Virus record (IMG/VR): IMGVR_UViG_3300014205_000175
Location: 138,827-202,826 of that record
Origin: a virus
Taxonomy: Duplodnaviria > Caudoviricetes
DNA length: 64,000 nt
Strand: one strand, 5' to 3'
How positions within the stretch are numbered: position 1 is the first letter of the stretch; each line of letters begins with the position of its first letter. This document shows, one piece after another, positions 58,734-64,000 of the stretch. The notes below the pieces were generated by a model that searched no databases, was not told the DNA's origin, and saw nothing but the letters and a program-made list of their open reading frames with translations. The position numbers were made by a program, and so were the translations under genes.

Positions 58734-59312
58734 ATGACGATTTATGCACGTGTTAACAACGGTCATGTGTTTGAGTATAACCTGACTGAAAAACAGATCA
58801 CCGATCGTGGTGATCGTCTCGGTCAGTATCTGCCGGTGAAGTTTGGCTTCAAACCCACTCAAGCACCGAAGTACCACTGCATTGCTGAAGAGACGGAACT
58901 CTTTGACACCTACGTCAAAGTCAACTACGTCATTCGTCCGCTCGGTCTCGCATCGCTGCTAATTCGAGTGCATTGTCCTGATGGTGATCTGCAAAACGTC
59001 ATCGAAGGCATGACGATTGGCAACGTCGATCCGGTTCTGGTGAACGCTATTTTCGCTGCTGCCCAGGGCGAAGTTCAAAAACTGCTGGATCGTTTTGCAC
59101 GTCAGCGTAACTATGACGGCATCACCAGCACGATTACCTATCGCAATTCGCCGGTGCCGTCGTTCCAAGCTGAAGGTGTGCGTGCTAATGAAGTGCGCGA
59201 TCTGAGCTGGGCGGCTCTGTATACGTATCTGGGTGAAGTCCAGGCTGGTATCAAGCCGCTGCCGCGACGCGTTGATGATATCTTGGCAGAACTGCCGGCT
59301 ATGACTTGGTAA
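58734..59312 (+). CDS. Tail fibre assembly chaperone-like protein
   Basis: LDRFARQRNYDGI...FQAEG...RDLSW...LPAMTW. Confidence 0.65.
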   Translation: MTIYARVNNGHVFEYNLTEKQITDRGDRLGQYLPVKFGFKPTQAPKYHCIAEETELFDTYVKVNYVIRPLGLASLLIRVHCPDGDLQNVIEGMTIGNVDPVLVNAIFAAAQGEVQKLLDRFARQRNYDGITSTITYRNSPVPSFQAEGVRANEVRDLSWAALYTYLGEVQAGIKPLPRRVDDILAELPAMTW

Positions 59313-59430
59313 CAAGTCGTTAGTACCAAACCCCACCACGCGGCCTTATGGCTAGCGTGGTGGGAGTAAATATTTTACGCTTACGTAATATCCAATGAAA
59401 CCTCACACCTACATTAGCCAGGAGAAGTAA

Positions 59431-60045
59431 ATGTACCAGATTCTGATCAATGCCAAACGTGATACCGCCATCACCATTAATCTAACACAGGGATTTCTCG
59501 CCCTACCGGCACATCTGCGCGTCGGTGTGGGTAAGCGTTCGAAAGCGTATCAGCAATGGCTAGAGAAGATGCTCGCGGAAAATACCGATTTCTCGATGAT
59601 GCTAGCTGCCTTGCATCGCAGTGCTAGTGAAAAAGATTTATTGGTACTACTGGTACCTGAGCGCTATCGTTGGCAGGCTGAGACACTAGAGACTTTCCTG
59701 TGCGAGCACGACCACAGTCTCACAGCGATGATGAGCTACACCTCGCTCGGTCAACAGTCGGGTCTCGATATGGTGTCGCCTGAAGTGATGGCTAAGATCC
59801 GTGCACAGATGGCTAGCGGTGTTCTGAGTGACGGAGCGCGTGTAGCGACGATCGATCTTGATCCGGTAGTCGTAGCGGCTGAACCGGCCACTTCTGTCGC
59901 GCTCACCGAAACACCGACGACTCCGAGTCTGCCCATAACAGCCCTGCTCGATGAGGTGATCGAAGAACTGCAAGAAAACATTGATGCGAAAGCAGTACAT
60001 GCAGCTGCTCTAGTACGAGCGATACTGCCACAAGCTATTCTCTAA
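59431..60045 (+). CDS. Hypothetical protein
   Basis: 204 aa, AGGAG RBS. Confidence 0.65.
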   Translation: MYQILINAKRDTAITINLTQGFLALPAHLRVGVGKRSKAYQQWLEKMLAENTDFSMMLAALHRSASEKDLLVLLVPERYRWQAETLETFLCEHDHSLTAMMSYTSLGQQSGLDMVSPEVMAKIRAQMASGVLSDGARVATIDLDPVVVAAEPATSVALTETPTTPSLPITALLDEVIEELQENIDAKAVHAAALVRAILPQAIL

Positions 60046-60133
60046 TACCGACTGTCGCTCTACAGTCCTCGTGGGGCTGTAGAGCGACATGAAGTCATCA
60101 TATGGCAGGTTTATAACTAAGGGAGATAGAAGA

Positions 60134-60754
60134 ATGATTTTGGCCGTAGAAGGACCAAATGCGTGTGGTAAGAGCACGTTCATCGATACACTCATAGCAC
60201 GTTTGAAAAAAGATCACCCGCGTGGTCCACCGATTCATATGCTAGATATTCGGCAGCACACGCATTTAGGTAAGGACGTGGTCAAGACGATGAATGCACG
60301 CGATACATTTCATCTGTCTGAGTCGATATTGATGCGTATGGCAGCAGCACATATCGAACTCATCGAAAACGCAATGTGTCTAGAAAAGATCTCGCCGTGT
60401 CTGGTGATTTTAGCGCGCACGCTGCCGTCTTTCTACGTCTACCAATATGCACAGAGTTCGCTGTGCGACAAAGCCCTAGAGCTTTACCAGCGCTTTTTGT
60501 CGCCGTGGGAATATTCCAGCGAGATAGTCTATATGGCTACCGATTACGCCACAACGAAGCAACGATTGATTAGTCGCGGCGATGCTGAGCACCTCATGGA
60601 AGACTTGGGGTCGCTGTGGTGTGAGTATCAGGCATACTTTACAGGCGTGAGAAAGCCCAACTATACTGTGGCTGATCAGCATAGTAGCAACGCTACAGTT
60701 GAGCAGATCTCTCAAGCTTATCAGCAACTCGGGATAACTGAAGAATTCATTTAA
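60134..60754 (+). CDS. tmk: Thymidylate (dNMP) kinase
   Basis: MILAVEGPNACGKST P-loop, LAR-x-x-x-SFYVYQ, lid RLISRG. Confidence 0.75.
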   Translation: MILAVEGPNACGKSTFIDTLIARLKKDHPRGPPIHMLDIRQHTHLGKDVVKTMNARDTFHLSESILMRMAAAHIELIENAMCLEKISPCLVILARTLPSFYVYQYAQSSLCDKALELYQRFLSPWEYSSEIVYMATDYATTKQRLISRGDAEHLMEDLGSLWCEYQAYFTGVRKPNYTVADQHSSNATVEQISQAYQQLGITEEFI

Positions 60755-60771
60755 CTAACCAGGAGAATGTA

Positions 60772-61089
60772 ATGCGGTTTCGTAATGTGTACATGGCTAT
60801 CGGCAGTTTGGTGGTAGTACTGATAATGTTGAGTACTGATCCTGACACGGGATGGTTTGAAGGTTTGCCATTTGGTGCTTCGACTGTAGCGACTTTGGTG
60901 ATCTTGCTACAAAGCATCTTGTATGTAGGGTTACTACACTACTCGCGTAAAGCGCTCTTTGACTATCTGGATTTCGGTGAAATCAGTCAGCGAGCGATGC
61001 GTTCTCCTGAAGGGGCGGGGTATCTAGCGATTGCAGTAGCAGTAGCAATGGTAGCGATTGCGTTAGTGATTACTGCAGCGGTAAATTGA
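60772..61089 (+). CDS. Holin-like membrane protein
   Basis: 105 aa with three hydrophobic segments, directly upstream of a lysin. Confidence 0.55.
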   Translation: MRFRNVYMAIGSLVVVLIMLSTDPDTGWFEGLPFGASTVATLVILLQSILYVGLLHYSRKALFDYLDFGEISQRAMRSPEGAGYLAIAVAVAMVAIALVITAAVN

Positions 61090-61160
61090 ATGCATTACCA
61101 GCAAGCCTACAGAGGGACTCTACCCTCTGTGGGTTTGTTTTGACTGAAGGAGAATTTACT

Positions 61161-61877
61161 ATGTTGGCTAAGTATTTAGTGATGCTGGTTTTATGTTTTC
61201 TAAATAGTTCGGTATATGCCCAAAGTGTTAAGACATATATCCCCGAGCGTGCCCATCAGTATTTACCATTGCTCAAAGCAGAAACTCTTCGCCTAATGCC
61301 CGAGCTTTTGACGCCGCAGTATTTCGGTGCACTCATCGAACACGAGAGCTGCATCAGCCTTAAACATTCGCGTTGCTGGTCGCCAACTTCAGAGTTTAAA
61401 ACTAAACGTGAGCAAGGAGTCGGGGTCGGAATGCTCACCCGTGCTTATCGTGCTGATGGTACTTTACGGTTCGATGCGCTACGCGATCTACGGGCTAATT
61501 ATCTCAGTGAACTCCGAGAGCTAAGCTGGGTTAATATCAAAACCCGCCCCGACCTACAGATCCGTGCAGTGATCCTGCTCTATAAGGATAGCTATCGACG
61601 GCTCGGCATGGTGAATCAGCAGTCTGAACGTCTTAAGATGGCCGATGCGGCTTATAACGGAGGCATCGGTGGTCTGCAGCGTGAACGTCGCGCCTGTAGC
61701 CTCTCAGCCCGTTGTGACCCCGATATCTGGGACCTGAACGTAGAGAGGTACTGCCTCAAGAGTAAAAAAGCACTGTATGCTGGTCGCTCAGCTTGTGATA
61801 TCAACCGTCACCACGTTCATGACACTTACTACACCCGCATGCCCAAGTATCAACCGTACTTCGAGCAAAAAATGTAA
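61161..61877 (+). CDS. SLT-type lytic transglycosylase (endolysin) with a signal peptide
   Basis: Signal ...SSVYA-Q, catalytic LIEHESC, REQGVGVGML, AAYNGGIG. Confidence 0.8.
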   Translation: MLAKYLVMLVLCFLNSSVYAQSVKTYIPERAHQYLPLLKAETLRLMPELLTPQYFGALIEHESCISLKHSRCWSPTSEFKTKREQGVGVGMLTRAYRADGTLRFDALRDLRANYLSELRELSWVNIKTRPDLQIRAVILLYKDSYRRLGMVNQQSERLKMADAAYNGGIGGLQRERRACSLSARCDPDIWDLNVERYCLKSKKALYAGRSACDINRHHVHDTYYTRMPKYQPYFEQKM

Positions 61878-61973
61878 TCACGTTATATGTAATGAGGCCG
61901 GATACAGCTACCCTCACGCGGGGTAGCTGTATCCGTCTATTAACGCCTATTCATCCAGCAAGAGGAAAACAAC

Positions 61974-63062
61974 ATGCAAAATTACCTACAGCTACTGAAA
62001 AAAATCGTCGATGAAGGTCATGCGCATCGTGATCGTACCGGTGTCGGACGTACGAGTCTCTATGGTGAGGTTTTGAGATTCGATATGCGTGAAGGTTTGC
62101 CTTTGATAACCACTCGTAAAGTTCCATATCGCGGCATCATTCTTGAGCTACTATGGTTTATCAGTGGTAGCACGACGGCTAAAGACCTGCACAATCAAGG
62201 CATCAAAATCTGGGATAGCTGGACTGTACAAGAGCAGCACATCGAGGCATTTCTCAATAAACACAGCGGCATCATCGCTAATGAACGCGAAGAACTTCGC
62301 CAAGCCTTGATGCAAAAATTCGACGGCAGTATCGGTAACATGTATGGACACGCATGGCGTAATGCTCCAGCCGAAGAGACCTCGGTGTTTCATCCGCTTA
62401 TCAACGAGAATAATATCGCCAGCGACAAACTCGCGCTCTATCGTCAACAGTTTGACTTCATTCGTGAGCATAACTCTGACGTACTGGAGGAACAGTGGTC
62501 TGAGTATCTCATGTCAGCATGTTATAGTCACGTCGATCAGCTTCAATCACTGGTAGTTAATCTGCGTGAGAGACCGTACTCGTCGCGCCATGTCGTGAGC
62601 GCATGGATTCCTGGCTATATGCCGTTCGAAGATCTGAGCCCGCAGGAGAATGTCATCCTCGGTAAAGGTGCTCTCGCAGCATGTCACACCATGTTCCAGT
62701 GTTTTGTTATTCCGCCGACTTCAGAAGATGAAAAGCCCAAGCTCTCGATGATGCTCACGCAGCGCTCGGCTGATTTTCCAGTGGGAAGCTGTTTTAACAT
62801 TGCGCAGTACAGTATCCTGCTATGTATGCTCGCTCAGATCAGCGGCTATGAGGCTTACGAGCTCATCTATAGCCTAGGGGATGTCCACTACTACGCAGAC
62901 CAGCTAGAGGGCATTAAAGAACAGCTAACGCGTACTCCGCTACAAAAACCGCAACTACGGTTAAATCCACAAGTCACCGATCTATATAAGTTCACTAGCG
63001 ACGATATATGCATCAGTGACTATGAGAGTCATCCAGCTATTTCCTACCCTGTAGCGATTTAA
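61974..63062 (+). CDS. thyA: Thymidylate synthase
   Basis: DRTGVG, ELLWFISG, SRHVVSAW, ACH, QRSADFPVG-x-x-FNIAQY, GDVHYY. Confidence 0.95.
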   Translation: MQNYLQLLKKIVDEGHAHRDRTGVGRTSLYGEVLRFDMREGLPLITTRKVPYRGIILELLWFISGSTTAKDLHNQGIKIWDSWTVQEQHIEAFLNKHSGIIANEREELRQALMQKFDGSIGNMYGHAWRNAPAEETSVFHPLINENNIASDKLALYRQQFDFIREHNSDVLEEQWSEYLMSACYSHVDQLQSLVVNLRERPYSSRHVVSAWIPGYMPFEDLSPQENVILGKGALAACHTMFQCFVIPPTSEDEKPKLSMMLTQRSADFPVGSCFNIAQYSILLCMLAQISGYEAYELIYSLGDVHYYADQLEGIKEQLTRTPLQKPQLRLNPQVTDLYKFTSDDICISDYESHPAISYPVAI

Positions 63063-63195
63063 CTCCTTTTTTGCCCTGTCCTGCTCGCTATGCGGGTGGG
63101 ATAGGGCTAGTTTATCTTTATATCAAGTGGCTGTGTGGGTGACTCAGGTAAAAAAGAGTTTCCATTAGACGACTATATCTTTTCAGGAGATTCAG

Positions 63196-64000
63196 ATGGC
63201 TCGTATCGTAGTTAATCCGGCACGTTATAACCAGATTGGCCTATCCGACGTGGTGCCTGTCAAACTCGGTGGTACCGGTGCAGACAGCGTTGAGGATGTT
63301 ATTGAGACGCTAGGCGTCGTGCAAGATAGTGAAGTAGGTGTAGCCAACGGTGTTGCTAGCCTAGATGCAACAGGTATGGTGCCATCTAGTCAACTGCCTT
63401 CATTCGTTGATGATGTGATGGAATTTCCTGATCTGGCTTCGTTCCCGCCAGTCGGTGAAGCGAGCAAGATCTATGTCGCTAAAAACGACGGTAGTGATAG
63501 TGTTATTTATCGCTGGTCAGGTTCTACTTATATCGTCATCAGCAATAGTGCTGGTAGTGCCGATACCGCAGTGCGTCTGGCTACTGCTCGGACGATCTCA
63601 CTTACCGGGGATGTAACCGGTTCGGGTAGTTTTGACGGTAGTACTAACTTGGCTATCGCTGCCACTATCGCCAACGATAGCCACACGCATGCTTTTACCA
63701 ACCTTACGAGTCGTCCTACGACTATCGCAGGTTATGGTATCACCGATGCTGCGCCGTCTAGTCACGTAGGTAGCGGTGGTACTTCGCATGCGGATGCTAC
63801 GACCACCGTAGCAGGTTTCATGTCGGCTGCCGATAAGGTCAAACTCAATACTATCGGTTCCAGCGCCAACGTCGCTTCAGTCGCTGGTAAAACCGGTGCA
63901 GTGACGCTCGTTAAAGCCGATGTGGGTCTGGCTAGTGTGGATAACACCGCTGATACGGCTAAAGCCGTCGCCAGTGCTGCTAAACTTACCACCGCGCGTA
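63196..64000 (+). CDS. Tail fibre protein, truncated by the window edge
   Basis: CAGGAG RBS and an open frame to the end: GVASLDATGMVPSSQLPSFVDDV, LATARTISLTGDVTGS, PTTIAGYGITDA, GFMSAADKVKL, DVGLASVDNTAD. Absent from the ORF track because it has no stop. Confidence 0.85.
   Translation, partial: MARIVVNPARYNQIGLSDVVPVKLGGTGADSVEDVIETLGVVQDSEVGVANGVASLDATGMVPSSQLPSFVDDVMEFPDLASFPPVGEASKIYVAKNDGSDSVIYRWSGSTYIVISNSAGSADTAVRLATARTISLTGDVTGSGSFDGSTNLAIAATIANDSHTHAFTNLTSRPTTIAGYGITDAAPSSHVGSGGTSHADATTTVAGFMSAADKVKLNTIGSSANVASVAGKTGAVTLVKADVGLASVDNTADTAKAVASAAKLTTAR

Noticed and set aside
61974-63062. ThyA homologue as a dCMP hydroxymethylase (modified DNA)
   Set aside because: It retains the Asn typical of dUMP-specific enzymes, and no modification genes are adjacent.
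1-64000. Stop-codon reassignment
   Set aside because: Core genes are full length in the standard code, and TAA, TAG and TGA all end genes at sensible boundaries.
1-64000. tRNA or rRNA genes and group I/II introns
   Set aside because: Intergenic gaps are short and accounted for by hairpins and motifs. No cloverleaf or interrupted gene was recognised by eye. tRNAscan and Infernal were not run.

Overview
This window is most consistent with part of a phiKZ-like (Chimalliviridae-type, nucleus-forming) jumbo phage genome in the standard genetic code. The assignment rests on motifs and recalled synteny, not on database searches. Core genes: non-virion RNAP beta' C-terminal subunit (3203-5245), SF2 helicase with an intein (5301-7649), virion RNAP beta' C-terminal subunit (17090-18403), the exonuclease/motif A half of a split PolB (23148-24818, - strand), a long virion block (24.9-40.4 kb and 43.8-48.9 kb, resembling phiKZ gp83-gp101), tail-fibre modules (50.9-59.3 kb and 63.2 kb to the edge), dTMP kinase, holin-like gene plus SLT lysin, and thymidylate synthase. 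Accessory cassettes are inserted between core genes, several behind a conserved 17-bp promoter-like motif. They encode DUF285 and DUF4116 repeat proteins, a Zn deaminase, DUF4326-NADAR and macrodomain-like proteins. Nudix, SLOG/DprA-like and Gp49/Acb4-like genes lie elsewhere in the window. Signals the ORF track misses: (i) a complete -1 ribosomal frameshift signal (U_UUU_UUC, 8-nt spacer, perfect 10-bp stem) joining the 510-aa gene at 14123-15655 to the ORF at 13701-14057, as in tail chaperone G/GT pairs; (ii) a Met1 class 3 (WCT) intein in the helicase Walker A; (iii) two candidate promoter motifs; (iv) a dispersed family of long intergenic hairpins with unrelated stems but related loops. 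No CRISPR array, rRNA or tRNA was recognised.
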